From positions 1-64,000 of the IMG/VR virus record IMGVR_UViG_3300009509_000015: a stretch of 64,000 nt of DNA. One strand, 5' to 3'. Below are positions 7,526 through 15,735 of the stretch, piece after piece; positions within the stretch are counted from its first letter, which is position 1, and every line of letters starts with the position of its first letter. Under the pieces are notes generated by a model. That model made no database searches. It worked only from the letters and a program-made list of their open reading frames with translations, and was not told the DNA's origin. A program made the translations under genes and the position numbers. Source of the DNA: a virus.

Positions 7526-7600
7526 CCTGATGTGAAGGGAATTGGCATACCTGGGGTACTCAAAATACCTCGTTTGGTGGTTCGACTCCACCCATCAGGA
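7526..7600 (+). tRNA. tRNA-Leu(CAA), short variable arm
   Basis: GGGTA-CTCAAAA-TACCT; 5-nt V-region. Confidence 0.85.
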
Positions 7601-7612
7601 CTGGAGGATTAA

Positions 7613-7813
7613 ATGAAGAACAGAAATTGGATTATATATTTGTCAAAACTTTTCTATGTCCTGGCTGGCATGAGTTTATTTGCTAGCCTTGATGCTTTTT
7701 TACACGACATTCATTATGCAGAAGGAATAGCAACAGCTATATTATTTATAGTTCTCGTTTACTGTGGACATAAGATTATGTGCGCATGGAGAACCATAAA
7801 CTGCGTTAGTTAA
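7613..7813 (+). CDS. small two-TM membrane protein
   Basis: GGAGG RBS; two hydrophobic segments. Confidence 0.6.
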   Translation: MKNRNWIIYLSKLFYVLAGMSLFASLDAFLHDIHYAEGIATAILFIVLVYCGHKIMCAWRTINCVS

Positions 7814-7822
7814 GGAGCAATT

Positions 7823-8494
7823 ATGGGTGTACTGATATATCAAATGGGAAGAGTAGGATCAGTAGCAATAAACAGGGCACTAAAAAACGTAGGAGTTGAT
7901 ACACTACATGCGCACTACCTAGCTAATGGAGGAGAGCACTATAAAAGACTTCTTGCTGGTGACGATTTAATAAAAGCTGCAACGTATGACATAGTTACTC
8001 TTGTTCGTGATCCCATAGCACGTAATCTATCCGAGTATTTTAGGCGCATGAGTCCTAAAGTTGAGTATGATTACCAGTGGTTATACAAAAAGTTCATGAA
8101 AGACTTTAACCACATATGGCCTTTAGTATGGTTTGACCTAGAGTTTCTACCATTTACTGGTTTAGACCTGCTATACTGGGGCTTTCCTATAGAGCATACA
8201 GATACATTTCAAACAGCAATAGGACGTAACGTACTTGTGCTTCGCACAGATAAGCTAAACCAAAAATCAACCAGTGAAGCACTGTCAGAGTTTACTGGAA
8301 AAGAAATAGCAGAAATTCCAGTGGCTAATAATATATCAGAGAGACCTGGGCTTGATGTAATATACGATGCGTTCCTTTCTCAAGTGTGCTTTCCTGAACC
8401 TTTTGTAGAGTTCTTTTATAATAGTGCATACAGCATAGTATTTTTTACTGCAAAAGAACGAGAGCGCTTTATGAAGAGGTGGACATGCCAATAG
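7823..8494 (+). CDS. NKWYS-family (capsular polysaccharide synthesis) sulfotransferase-fold protein
   Basis: YQMGRVGS and TLVRDPIARNLS motifs; YNSAYSIVFFT...RW. Confidence 0.75.
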   Translation: MGVLIYQMGRVGSVAINRALKNVGVDTLHAHYLANGGEHYKRLLAGDDLIKAATYDIVTLVRDPIARNLSEYFRRMSPKVEYDYQWLYKKFMKDFNHIWPLVWFDLEFLPFTGLDLLYWGFPIEHTDTFQTAIGRNVLVLRTDKLNQKSTSEALSEFTGKEIAEIPVANNISERPGLDVIYDAFLSQVCFPEPFVEFFYNSAYSIVFFTAKERERFMKRWTCQ

Positions 8495-9168
8495 TGGTAT
8501 ACCAACCAGGGAAAGTAGGATCACAGGCAATAGCAAAAACACTAAATGATATGGGCAAAAAAGTATACCATGCCCACTATATTTATAACATAGCAGGTGA
8601 GTACTCCTCTGCTGCAAACTATAAACTAAAGAAAACATTATCAGAACTTAATCAACCATTACAAATTGTTACACCTATACGTGAGCCAATAGCAAGGAAC
8701 TTATCTGCGTACTTCTGGTCATTACCAAAGGATGCAAAGTATACGCCAGATATATACAAGCACCAGTTTATTAATAACTACCAACATGAATGGTTACTTA
8801 ACTGGTTTGACCACGAGTTTAATAATCTGTTTGAGATGGATATTTATGAACTAGCGTTCAACCAGCACAGGGGGTACTCAATCTATGAAGGCATGTGGAA
8901 TAAACAACCCCTCAGTATCTTGATCGTGCAGCAAGAAAAGCTTATGTTTAACTTCAAGGAAATACTGGTAAGGTTCTTTCACACTGATGCCTATCCAGTA
9001 GTACCTAGAGTTAATGAAACTAAGCAGTGGTTTTATAAAGATTTTAAATGCTGGTTGAAGTTACCTGAAGATTTCCTAGAGAAAATATATACATCTAAAT
9101 ATGCCAGACATTTTTATGGTGAGCATGATATAACTCACTTCAAAAATAAATGGCGTGAGCTAGCGTGA
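8485..9168 (+). CDS. NKWYS-family sulfotransferase-fold protein
   Basis: YQPGKVGS, TPIREPIARNLS, YTSKYARHFY...KNKW. Confidence 0.8.
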   Translation: MPIVVYQPGKVGSQAIAKTLNDMGKKVYHAHYIYNIAGEYSSAANYKLKKTLSELNQPLQIVTPIREPIARNLSAYFWSLPKDAKYTPDIYKHQFINNYQHEWLLNWFDHEFNNLFEMDIYELAFNQHRGYSIYEGMWNKQPLSILIVQQEKLMFNFKEILVRFFHTDAYPVVPRVNETKQWFYKDFKCWLKLPEDFLEKIYTSKYARHFYGEHDITHFKNKWRELA

Positions 9169-9233
9169 AGGGAATTGGCATACCTACTTTACTTAAAATA
9201 AAGTGCTTGGTGGTTCGAATCCACCCGTTAGCA
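9159..9233 (+). tRNA. tRNA-Leu(TAA), short variable arm
   Basis: CTTTA-CTTAAAA-TAAAG; D-arm identical to Leu(CAA). Confidence 0.85.
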
Positions 9234-9337
9234 TAGGGGCAAATTCCCCAAACGTAAATAGGGAACTACTCATATTGACAATTAGCCGATAGTATGTCAT
9301 AATAAATTTATATATTGACATAGGAGGCAATTATCAA

Positions 9338-9439
9338 ATGACACCTATTTTAGTAATAACGTTCTTTGCTATTACCATTTTGGTAAGAGCATTAATAGGA
9401 AGGGTGATCGAATGGCAAGATGCTAGTCTAGAAAACTAA
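9338..9439 (+). CDS. 33-aa hydrophobic peptide running into tRNA-Ser
   Basis: AGGAGG RBS; MTPILVITFFAITILVRALIGRVIEWQDASLEN*. Confidence 0.45.
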   Translation: MTPILVITFFAITILVRALIGRVIEWQDASLEN

Positions 9440-9482
9440 GGCTGCGGTCAACCGCATGGGGGTTCAAATCCCTCCCCTTCCG
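9398..9482 (+). tRNA. tRNA-Ser(AGA)
   Basis: GGAAGGG/CCCTTCC-G; long V-arm; loop CTAGAAA. Confidence 0.8.
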
Positions 9483-9486
9483 CAGA

Positions 9487-9571
9487 GGAAAGTTGGCAGA
9501 GAGGCAATGCGTCGGCTTGCTAAGCCGTAGCCATCCGTAAGGATGCAAAGGTTCGATCCCTTTACTTTCCG
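9487..9571 (+). tRNA. tRNA-Ser(GCT)
   Basis: Type II; loop TTGCTAA. Confidence 0.9.
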
Positions 9572-9575
9572 CTAA

Positions 9576-9917
9576 GTCAAGATGGGTGGCTCTACGCTGG
9601 TCTAAATTTAGACTGGAGGAAGCTCAGGACTACACTGCTTAAGGTAGGAGGATATATGACTCAAGTTACATTAGTTAGCTCAGAAGAACCTGATCCAAAT
9701 TGTAAGCACAAAAGACAAACAACATTTACTTATAGACAAGGCAGAATAAAAGAAGTAGAAACGTATTGCCTCGACTGTTCGAGAACTTTATCCGTTAGCA
9801 CTACCGAGGTAGCAAGTGCAAGCAGCCTAGCGGGTGAGCAGCGCAACGATGGCGGGTAGCACGCATAGATAGATGTAGGGCTTAAATGACAGAATCCTGG
9901 CTATAGCCCATCTTGAC
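9576..9917 (+). ncRNA. rnpB: minimal RNase P RNA (catalytic domain) containing an ORF
   Basis: P1 GTCAAGATGGGT/GCCCATCTTGAC; CR-I GAGGAAGCTCAGGAC; CR-IV AGATAGATG; CR-V ACAGAATCCTGGCTATA; P2, P4, P5, P6 and P7 pairings present. Confidence 0.88.
9656..9859 (+). CDS. 67-aa putative Zn-binding protein inside the RNase P RNA
   Basis: AGGAGG RBS 5 nt before ATG; CKH...CLDC. Confidence 0.65.
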   Translation: MTQVTLVSSEEPDPNCKHKRQTTFTYRQGRIKEVETYCLDCSRTLSVSTTEVASASSLAGEQRNDGG

Positions 9918-9941
9918 AAACTACTTTAATTATGGTATAAT
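9913..9941 (+). promoter_or_regulatory. sigma70 promoter overlapping the RNase P 3' strand
   Basis: TTGACA-17-TATAAT with TG extension. Confidence 0.85.
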
Positions 9942-9948
9942 TAATAGT

Positions 9949-10098
9949 ATGTTAGCAGACAAATTATTACACCAGTTCTTTATGTGGATGGCAAGCATTA
10001 CAGGTATGACTAATCAAGAAGTGGCAACATGGACACTCCTTGGTATACTAGCGCTATTCATATTTATAGGAGTGGTTAGAAAAGCAGATATTTATTAA
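9949..10098 (+). CDS. small membrane protein (probably leaderless)
   Basis: ATG about 7 nt after the -10; one TM segment. Confidence 0.55.
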   Translation: MLADKLLHQFFMWMASITGMTNQEVATWTLLGILALFIFIGVVRKADIY

Positions 10099-10170
10099 GG
10101 CTCAGTAGCCAAGATGGTAAGGCGGGTGGCTGCAACCCACTGATCGCTGGTTCAAGTCCAGCCTGGGCCT
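10099..10170 (+). tRNA. tRNA-Cys(GCA)
   Basis: GGTGG-CTGCAAC-CCACT; U73. Confidence 0.92.
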
Positions 10171-10189
10171 CTATGTACCAATAGTTCGT

Positions 10190-10310
10190 GCTCCTGTGGA
10201 TACTAACCAGAACACATTAGGGGTTGACTTTTGTACTTACTGGTAAGCGGAACGGGGTGGCAGGACTGCGTGTGGGTGGATTCTGGTCTACGAACACGAC
10301 AATCAGGAGC
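10190..10310 (+). ncRNA. rod-like structured RNA candidate
   Basis: Nested helices GCTCCTG/CAGGAGC, ACCAGAA/TTCTGGT, CACAT/GTGTG. Confidence 0.45.
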
Positions 10311-10314
10311 GAGT

Positions 10315-10506
10315 ATGAAATTTTATTTGAAATGTAAAAGCTGTGGTAGAGAAGAAGAAGTGTCAGAACTTAGGTTCTGGTGTAGTGGTGGTAGGATTGT
10401 TGGCAGAGGTATAGCAGAGAACCTTGAATTTTGCAATACCTGTATAACAGACAATAGATCAAGACTACCTTGGAGTAATACAGCAAAGGAAAGGAGTGAT
10501 GAATGA
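10315..10506 (+). CDS. Zn-ribbon protein
   Basis: CKSC...CNTC; AGGAG RBS. Confidence 0.6.
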   Translation: MKFYLKCKSCGREEEVSELRFWCSGGRIVGRGIAENLEFCNTCITDNRSRLPWSNTAKERSDE

Positions 10507-10886
10507 AATACTTTGTGATATGTGCAGTGAGAAAAGCAGATAAGGAGTACAGTGACTACATAGCAGCTTTAGTAAATAAGTATGAAGAAGAAGGACACGA
10601 AGTTTATTGGCCTGCTAGAGACACTGATCAGGATGATCCCATAGGATATAGAATTTGTGTAGATAATAGAGCAGCTATAGAAAACGCAGACGCTATATTA
10701 TTCGCATGGGATGGAGAATCAACAGGATCATTGTTTGACCTTGGCATAGCTTGGATGGCAAGAAAAGAGATAGTTATTATCCCTTACTTTATGCCACCAG
10801 TTGTTGAAGGTAAGAAATCTTATCAAGCAATGGCAGCGTTATGGGAAGATATTGGAGCTAACGGGCAACACCCGCCATTTCCGTAG
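10503..10886 (+). CDS. nucleoside 2-deoxyribosyltransferase-family protein
   Basis: EVYWPARD...NRAAIENADAILF...STGSLFDLGIAW. Confidence 0.75.
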   Translation: MKYFVICAVRKADKEYSDYIAALVNKYEEEGHEVYWPARDTDQDDPIGYRICVDNRAAIENADAILFAWDGESTGSLFDLGIAWMARKEIVIIPYFMPPVVEGKKSYQAMAALWEDIGANGQHPPFP

Positions 10887-10960
10887 GCACTTGTAGCTCA
10901 ATGGACGAGAGCACTTGGCTTCGAACCAAGGGGTTGGGAGTTCGAATCTCCCCAAGTGCT
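10887..10960 (+). tRNA. tRNA-Arg(TCG)
   Basis: CTTGG-CTTCGAA-CCAAG. Confidence 0.9.
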
Positions 10961-10974
10961 CCTAGGAGAAATTT

Positions 10975-11397
10975 ATGAGCATAAAAAATTTTGCTATTAT
11001 ATTAATTCTGTTGGTTGTGGCACTGTTAGTAGTAGCCTATATACCAATAGGCGAAAGGGATAGTGGAAGTCCTTACCCACCACCAGAGGCTACAGCAACT
11101 ATAAGGCATGATCCTTATCCACCACCAGAGGCTACAGCTACACCAAAACCAACAAAAGAAAAAGATGATAACGATCCTTATCCCGCACCAACATCAACAC
11201 AATACATACCGACCAGTGCGCCAACAGAAACTATTCCTGAGCCAACAGAGCAGGGAAGTAGCACATGTGAAGATATAAAAATGAGCGACGGAGGCACAGT
11301 TACACTATGCCCTGGAGAAAAACCTAGTTGTGGCACATGTATGACAGTCTATGATAAAATAGATGATCTTTGGGGCTGTTACTGTTCGGAGGAATAA
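10975..11397 (+). CDS. secreted/membrane Pro-Thr-rich protein with Cys-rich C-terminus
   Basis: N-terminal TM; PYPPPEATAT twice; 6 C-terminal Cys. Confidence 0.7.
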   Translation: MSIKNFAIILILLVVALLVVAYIPIGERDSGSPYPPPEATATIRHDPYPPPEATATPKPTKEKDDNDPYPAPTSTQYIPTSAPTETIPEPTEQGSSTCEDIKMSDGGTVTLCPGEKPSCGTCMTVYDKIDDLWGCYCSEE

Positions 11398-11399
11398 TA

Positions 11400-11618
11400 A
11401 TGGCAATAGACTATAAGAAACTAACTGATGAAGAACTAGCTTTTCTTCTATATGCAGCAGAGGAGGAGGAAGAATCTGTAGGATTCTATAGATATACTAC
11501 TACTGAGTACTGCTGTGCTGGTTTGAAGATAAAAAAACAACTAGAAAAAGAGTACGATAGAAGAGGGCTTCATCAGGACTTGTTTCTTTCTCCTGAGTAT
11601 TATGACTCAGAGGAATAA
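11400..11618 (+). CDS. hypothetical protein
   Basis: GGAGG RBS before MAIDYK. Confidence 0.6.
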   Translation: MAIDYKKLTDEELAFLLYAAEEEEESVGFYRYTTTEYCCAGLKIKKQLEKEYDRRGLHQDLFLSPEYYDSEE

Positions 11619-11623
11619 TAAAT

Positions 11624-11695
11624 GCCCCTGTAGTTCAAAGGACAGAACAGGGGGTTCCTAACCCCTAGATACCAGTTCGAATCTGGTCGGGGGTT
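11624..11695 (+). tRNA. tRNA-Arg(CCT)
   Basis: GGGGG-TTCCTAA-CCCCT. Confidence 0.88.
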
Positions 11696-11699
11696 CTAT

Positions 11700-11771
11700 G
11701 CTCCTGTGATGTAACGGAAAGCATACTTGTCTTCTAAGCAATGAGTCTAGGTTCGAGTCCTAGCAGGAGTA
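11700..11771 (+). tRNA. tRNA-Arg(TCT)
   Basis: GCTCCTG/CAGGAGT; loop CTTCTAA. Confidence 0.85.
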
Positions 11772-11774
11772 CCT

Positions 11775-11984
11775 ATGAGTGTATTTTGGATGGTAATAGT
11801 TTCTTTAATAATAACAATACACGTAATTGGTATGCTGGTAGTAGGAACAACACTAGCTATTGTTGCACTACAAGATGGGTGGTGGTTTACTTGGGATATA
11901 ATTAAACCCTGGAAGTGGAACTGGTCTGTTGTGTTTCGTGGGTTTCTTGTAATATTTATTTGGGAAATTATTTTGTTCCTGTAG
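11775..11984 (+). CDS. small membrane protein
   Basis: Hydrophobic; RBS AGGAG lies in the upstream tRNA acceptor, stop lies in the downstream tRNA. Confidence 0.6.
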   Translation: MSVFWMVIVSLIITIHVIGMLVVGTTLAIVALQDGWWFTWDIIKPWKWNWSVVFRGFLVIFIWEIILFL

Positions 11985-12047
11985 TTCAGACGGACAGAAC
12001 GTTACCCTGCGAAGGTAGAAATGGTGGTTCGAATCCACCCAGGAACT
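11975..12047 (+). tRNA. tRNA-Arg(GCG)
   Basis: TTACC-CTGCGAA-GGTAG. Confidence 0.88.
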
Positions 12048-12050
12048 TAG

Positions 12051-12131
12051 GGCGAATCTGCCGAGTGGGATCGGAGCTTGGCTGTAAACCAAGTGTCGTT
12101 TGACTAGGTTGTTCGATTCAATAATTCGCCA
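12051..12131 (+). tRNA. tRNA-Tyr(GTA), degenerate D and T arms
   Basis: CTTGG-CTGTAAA-CCAAG; type II V-arm. Confidence 0.78.
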
Positions 12132-12136
12132 CTCAC

Positions 12137-12208
12137 TGCTAGATAGCTTAATGGTAGAGCGTTCGGCTGTTAACCGAGAAGGCGCAGGTTCGACCCCTGC
12201 TCTAGCAG
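12137..12208 (+). tRNA. tRNA-Asn(GTT)
   Basis: TTCGG-CTGTTAA-CCGAG. Confidence 0.92.
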
Positions 12209-12222
12209 CCTAGGAAAATCTT

Positions 12223-12531
12223 ATGAGACTTGAGGAACTTTTTATGTGGCCTAATAGAACATTGTGTGATGCACTGTCTGAAATGCGAAAAGCGTACGAG
12301 ACAAGAAATTTTTCTTATCTACTTGGCTTGATAGAAGAAGTACAAAGTATGGGCAATAAAATGGAGGCTGCACTTGGAGATAAGAAGGATGTTGAAACAT
12401 TCACTAGAGATCGTGCTAAGCTAAAGAAAGAAATCAAAGAATTAGAAGCACAGAAATATACTTTAGAAGAAACAATTGCTGATCTTGAAGAAGAGAAAGA
12501 AAGAAAACTTGGTGAGATAAGAAAGTTATAG
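12223..12531 (+). CDS. coiled-coil hypothetical protein
   Basis: Heptad-rich C-terminal half. Confidence 0.65.
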   Translation: MRLEELFMWPNRTLCDALSEMRKAYETRNFSYLLGLIEEVQSMGNKMEAALGDKKDVETFTRDRAKLKKEIKELEAQKYTLEETIADLEEEKERKLGEIRKL

Positions 12532-12534
12532 TAA

Positions 12535-12608
12535 CAGAGTGTAGCTCAGTCTGGTAGAGTGACCCGTTTGGATCGGGGGGGTCGGAGGTTCGAATCCTTC
12601 CACTCTGA
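12535..12608 (+). tRNA. tRNA-Pro(TGG)
   Basis: CAGAGTG/CACTCTG-A; loop TTTGGAT. Confidence 0.87.
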
Positions 12609-12621
12609 CTGGAGGTAAAAT

Positions 12622-13104
12622 ATGTCAACACGAAAGCTAACAACGTGGGAGATGGCAGAGTTTTACCCGATCTTTGGTAGTAATATAAAGTTTGGTGATA
12701 TAGTAGTACACGAAAGCAGCCCAATACCTAACCTAATTGACAGGATCGGTAGCTTTTTTACAGGAAAAGAACCCTATGCTAACAACGCAATTACTATAGG
12801 GAATAATGTTATGTTCCCAATGCCTATAGGCACAGACAAGGTATACTGGTTAATACATGAGGTAACACACGCTTGGCAGTATCAGCACATAGGGTGGAAG
12901 TACCTGTGGGATGCTGTCGTTGCACAATTTAGGGGCAAACCTTACGATTACGGTGGGGAAGATGGCTTGAATAGCCATACTAGTATATACGAATTTAATC
13001 CAGAACAGCAAGCGCAGATCGTACAAGACTATTATATACGAGTAGAGAACGGTGTGAACGCTGATGCCTGGAAACCATACATTGAGGAGATAAAAAATGG
13101 GTAG
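12622..13104 (+). CDS. DUF4157-like zincin
   Basis: AITIGNNVMF...LIHEVTHAWQY...NPEQQA. Confidence 0.75.
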   Translation: MSTRKLTTWEMAEFYPIFGSNIKFGDIVVHESSPIPNLIDRIGSFFTGKEPYANNAITIGNNVMFPMPIGTDKVYWLIHEVTHAWQYQHIGWKYLWDAVVAQFRGKPYDYGGEDGLNSHTSIYEFNPEQQAQIVQDYYIRVENGVNADAWKPYIEEIKNG

Positions 13105-14107
13105 TAGCTTAGTAGATGAGGGATCAGTTATTAGAAAGTTTAAATACTTTCTTGTTGTTGAAGCACCTAATGAGCTTGACGAACATGGAAACCCTAGGAA
13201 AACATGGCAAGTAGTAAGCACTACTAGGGCAATAGTATCTGGAGAAAATGTAACACAAATTCTTAACGACTTTTGTATACGTTATGAGATTACCCCTCCT
13301 ATTTTACCATTAAGCTTAACGTTTATTGGAGAAGAGCTTATAGACTTATCTGAAAAGCAAACTCTCCTGCTTTATCAAATGGGTAAAGTAGGTAGTGTAT
13401 CAATAAGATCGGCTCTTGAAAAGCTGGAATGGTTAGAAACAAGGCATATGCACTACCTAGTTAACGAGGGAGAGTACGGTACACGCTACGATCCTGTATG
13501 GTTACGTAGATTGGAGACAGAAGATACTATATGGAAAGTAATCACGTTGGTTAGAAACCCAATAGATCGCTGCGTATCTGGTTTCTTCTGGAGTATGATA
13601 GGAAAAGAAGAACCATTCCATGAGGGTATGTTGGACATGTTTGTGAATGAGTATAATCACAACTGGACTGTAGACTGGATGGAGAATGAGCTTAATAAAG
13701 CACTCAACACTAACATTTATAATTATCCGTTTAATAAAAATCGTGGCTACTCCCTATACCATAGGACTGCTGACAATGTAAGACCATACTTTCATTTGCT
13801 AGTTATCAGAACAGAGGATATGAGTCAAGTAGCTAGAACTGCTATAGCAGAACTACTACCAGAAGCTGATGTTGGAAATATTAACACGCTAAACTCCTCT
13901 ATAAAAAGAAAGCCGATAGCAAATGCGTACAGCCAATTCAAAGCTCAGGCAGTATTACCAGATGACTATGTTGACTGGATACTTAACACAAGATATGCCA
14001 AGCATTTTTATTCTGATGAGGAGCTTGCGGTTTCTAGGGCTATGTGGACACTACCAGCAGAAGAAAGGCTATCTTTCTTAAAGGATATGATAGAAAAAAA
14101 TAAATAA
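13097..14107 (+). CDS. NKWYS-family sulfotransferase-fold protein with N-terminal extension
   Basis: YQMGKVGSVSI, ITLVRNPIDRCVS, TRYAKHFYS. Confidence 0.78.
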   Translation: MGSSLVDEGSVIRKFKYFLVVEAPNELDEHGNPRKTWQVVSTTRAIVSGENVTQILNDFCIRYEITPPILPLSLTFIGEELIDLSEKQTLLLYQMGKVGSVSIRSALEKLEWLETRHMHYLVNEGEYGTRYDPVWLRRLETEDTIWKVITLVRNPIDRCVSGFFWSMIGKEEPFHEGMLDMFVNEYNHNWTVDWMENELNKALNTNIYNYPFNKNRGYSLYHRTADNVRPYFHLLVIRTEDMSQVARTAIAELLPEADVGNINTLNSSIKRKPIANAYSQFKAQAVLPDDYVDWILNTRYAKHFYSDEELAVSRAMWTLPAEERLSFLKDMIEKNK

Positions 14108-14114
14108 GTAATTA

Positions 14115-14187
14115 GGCCCTGTCAGCTAAAGGTTAGGCTAGTGGGTTTTCACCCCACCAATGTACGGTTCAAGTCCGACCAGGGTCA
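14115..14187 (+). tRNA. tRNA-Glu(TTC)
   Basis: GTGGG-TTTTCAC-CCCAC. Confidence 0.85.
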
Positions 14188-14196
14188 CTACGGGAG

Positions 14197-14439
14197 GTGT
14201 CCATGATACAAGATGCTTATAATAATATAGCTGGCTTCTTGGATAAGACTAGGAAGCCGATTGTAGAGAGCACATTCAAAACAAAACTGTTTAAAGCTTA
14301 CGGTATATCTGATCACCCTAAAGCAGAAGAGGCATACAGAATTTCAGTAGAGCTTGCAGGAAAAGAAAATTACTATGACATACTTAATGTGCTACATATA
14401 ATCTATCCACTATTATGTGAAAGGAATGGTAATGGCTAA
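14197..14439 (+). CDS. hypothetical protein
   Basis: ORF after tRNA; GGAGG nearby, true start probably ATG 14203. Confidence 0.6.
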   Translation: MSMIQDAYNNIAGFLDKTRKPIVESTFKTKLFKAYGISDHPKAEEAYRISVELAGKENYYDILNVLHIIYPLLCERNGNG

Positions 14440-14704
14440 ACAACAAAACGCTTATGTAAGACCAGTAAGACAAGAAAAGTTTCAACTACCTGAGTATATA
14501 AAACCCATTAATTCTATTATTAAAGAAGCCAAAGTAGGAAGTGAAGTTAACCTAACTGTAAGAATTATGAGAGATGATAATAAAGGCTGGACAACTACAG
14601 AAGTTAGTGGTATAATTAGTGAAGTTGCACCAAACGCATTAATGCTACATGGAAAGTCAGTAGGAGTACCCTACTATACAGTACACGACTGGGAGATTCT
14701 ATGA
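14432..14704 (+). CDS. hypothetical protein
   Basis: Operon overlap. Confidence 0.6.
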   Translation: MAKQQNAYVRPVRQEKFQLPEYIKPINSIIKEAKVGSEVNLTVRIMRDDNKGWTTTEVSGIISEVAPNALMLHGKSVGVPYYTVHDWEIL

Positions 14705-15141
14705 TAATTTTTACTATACTAGATAAGGATGCTACTGCACCCACCAGAAAATTTTCTGATGACGCTGGTATTGACATTTATTCTTTATATGACATTAGGT
14801 TGTTAGCTAGATCATATCACATAGCACATACTGGGATAGGTATAAAAGTTCCGAAAGGTTATGTTGGTCTGATGAAACCCAAAAGCAGGGATAGGTGGTT
14901 GGTAGGATCAGGTGTAATAGATACCTCCTACGTTGGTGAGCTTCTTATCGAGTTAGTTAATCCTTATGATCGTGTGTTTACTATACCAAAAGAGTACCCA
15001 ATAGCACAGATGCTTATACTATCAGGACTAATGGAGCCTTTACAAGAAATATCAATAGTGGAATGGGAAAAAATTAAAACGGACAGAGGTGCTACTGGAG
15101 GAATTGTAGGTAATAGTAAGGCTGTGTCAGCTAACGGTTAG
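14701..15141 (+). CDS. dut: trimeric dUTPase
   Basis: DAGIDIY, GVIDTSYVGE, IAQM, TDRGATGG motifs. Confidence 0.92.
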   Translation: MIIFTILDKDATAPTRKFSDDAGIDIYSLYDIRLLARSYHIAHTGIGIKVPKGYVGLMKPKSRDRWLVGSGVIDTSYVGELLIELVNPYDRVFTIPKEYPIAQMLILSGLMEPLQEISIVEWEKIKTDRGATGGIVGNSKAVSANG

Positions 15142-15191
15142 GCTATATCCCTCTCAAGGATACAATGGGGGTTCGATTCCCCCCACAGTCA
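15120..15191 (+). tRNA. tRNA-Glu(CTC)
   Basis: TATCC-CTCTCAA-GGATA. Confidence 0.88.
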
Positions 15192-15194
15192 TAG

Positions 15195-15266
15195 GCGTTC
15201 ATAGTTTAATAGGTAAAACTTTAGTTTGCCATACTAACATTACGAGTTCGAGTCTCGTTGAACGCT
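15195..15266 (+). tRNA. tRNA-Gly(GCC)
   Basis: TTAGT-TTGCCAT-ACTAA; U73. Confidence 0.88.
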
Positions 15267-15277
15267 CAGGAGATAAG

Positions 15278-15565
15278 ATGGAAAAAATTCTTTCAGTAGA
15301 TACTAGAGCACTTGACATAATTCTTAATCAGGCTCACTGGCCTTACAGTGTACTGGAAACTAGACGACCATATTTAGTGTATGTTACTAATATAGGCTAT
15401 CAACCAGATACTAAGATGTTATTCAAAGCTGTCAAGGAAGATGGTGGTGTAAGCTATATAGAAGATCAAGAATTAAATACAGCACCAGTGCTAGGTATCA
15501 TGGAATCGGAAGATGAAGTACCAGCTACCATTTCGTGGCTAGCATTATTTCAACGGGAAGGATGA
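15278..15565 (+). CDS. hypothetical protein
   Basis: AGGAG RBS; stop inside tRNA-Ser. Confidence 0.65.
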   Translation: MEKILSVDTRALDIILNQAHWPYSVLETRRPYLVYVTNIGYQPDTKMLFKAVKEDGGVSYIEDQELNTAPVLGIMESEDEVPATISWLALFQREG

Positions 15566-15642
15566 CCGAATGGTAAGGTAACTGTCTTGAAAACAGATGT
15601 TATCCTTAACAGGATATGGGGGTTCGACTCCCTCTCCTTCCG
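15556..15642 (+). tRNA. tRNA-Ser(TGA)
   Basis: Type II; loop CTTGAAA. Confidence 0.9.
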
Positions 15643-15647
15643 CTAAT

Positions 15648-15719
15648 CGTGGGGAAGTTTAACGGTAGAACACCTAGCTGATAACTAGGAGGAACAGGGT
15701 TCGACTCCCTGACCCACGA
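15648..15719 (+). tRNA. tRNA-Ile(GAT)
   Basis: CCTAG-CTGATAA-CTAGG. Confidence 0.85.
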
Positions 15720-15735
15720 CCTTTAGGAGGTAGAT

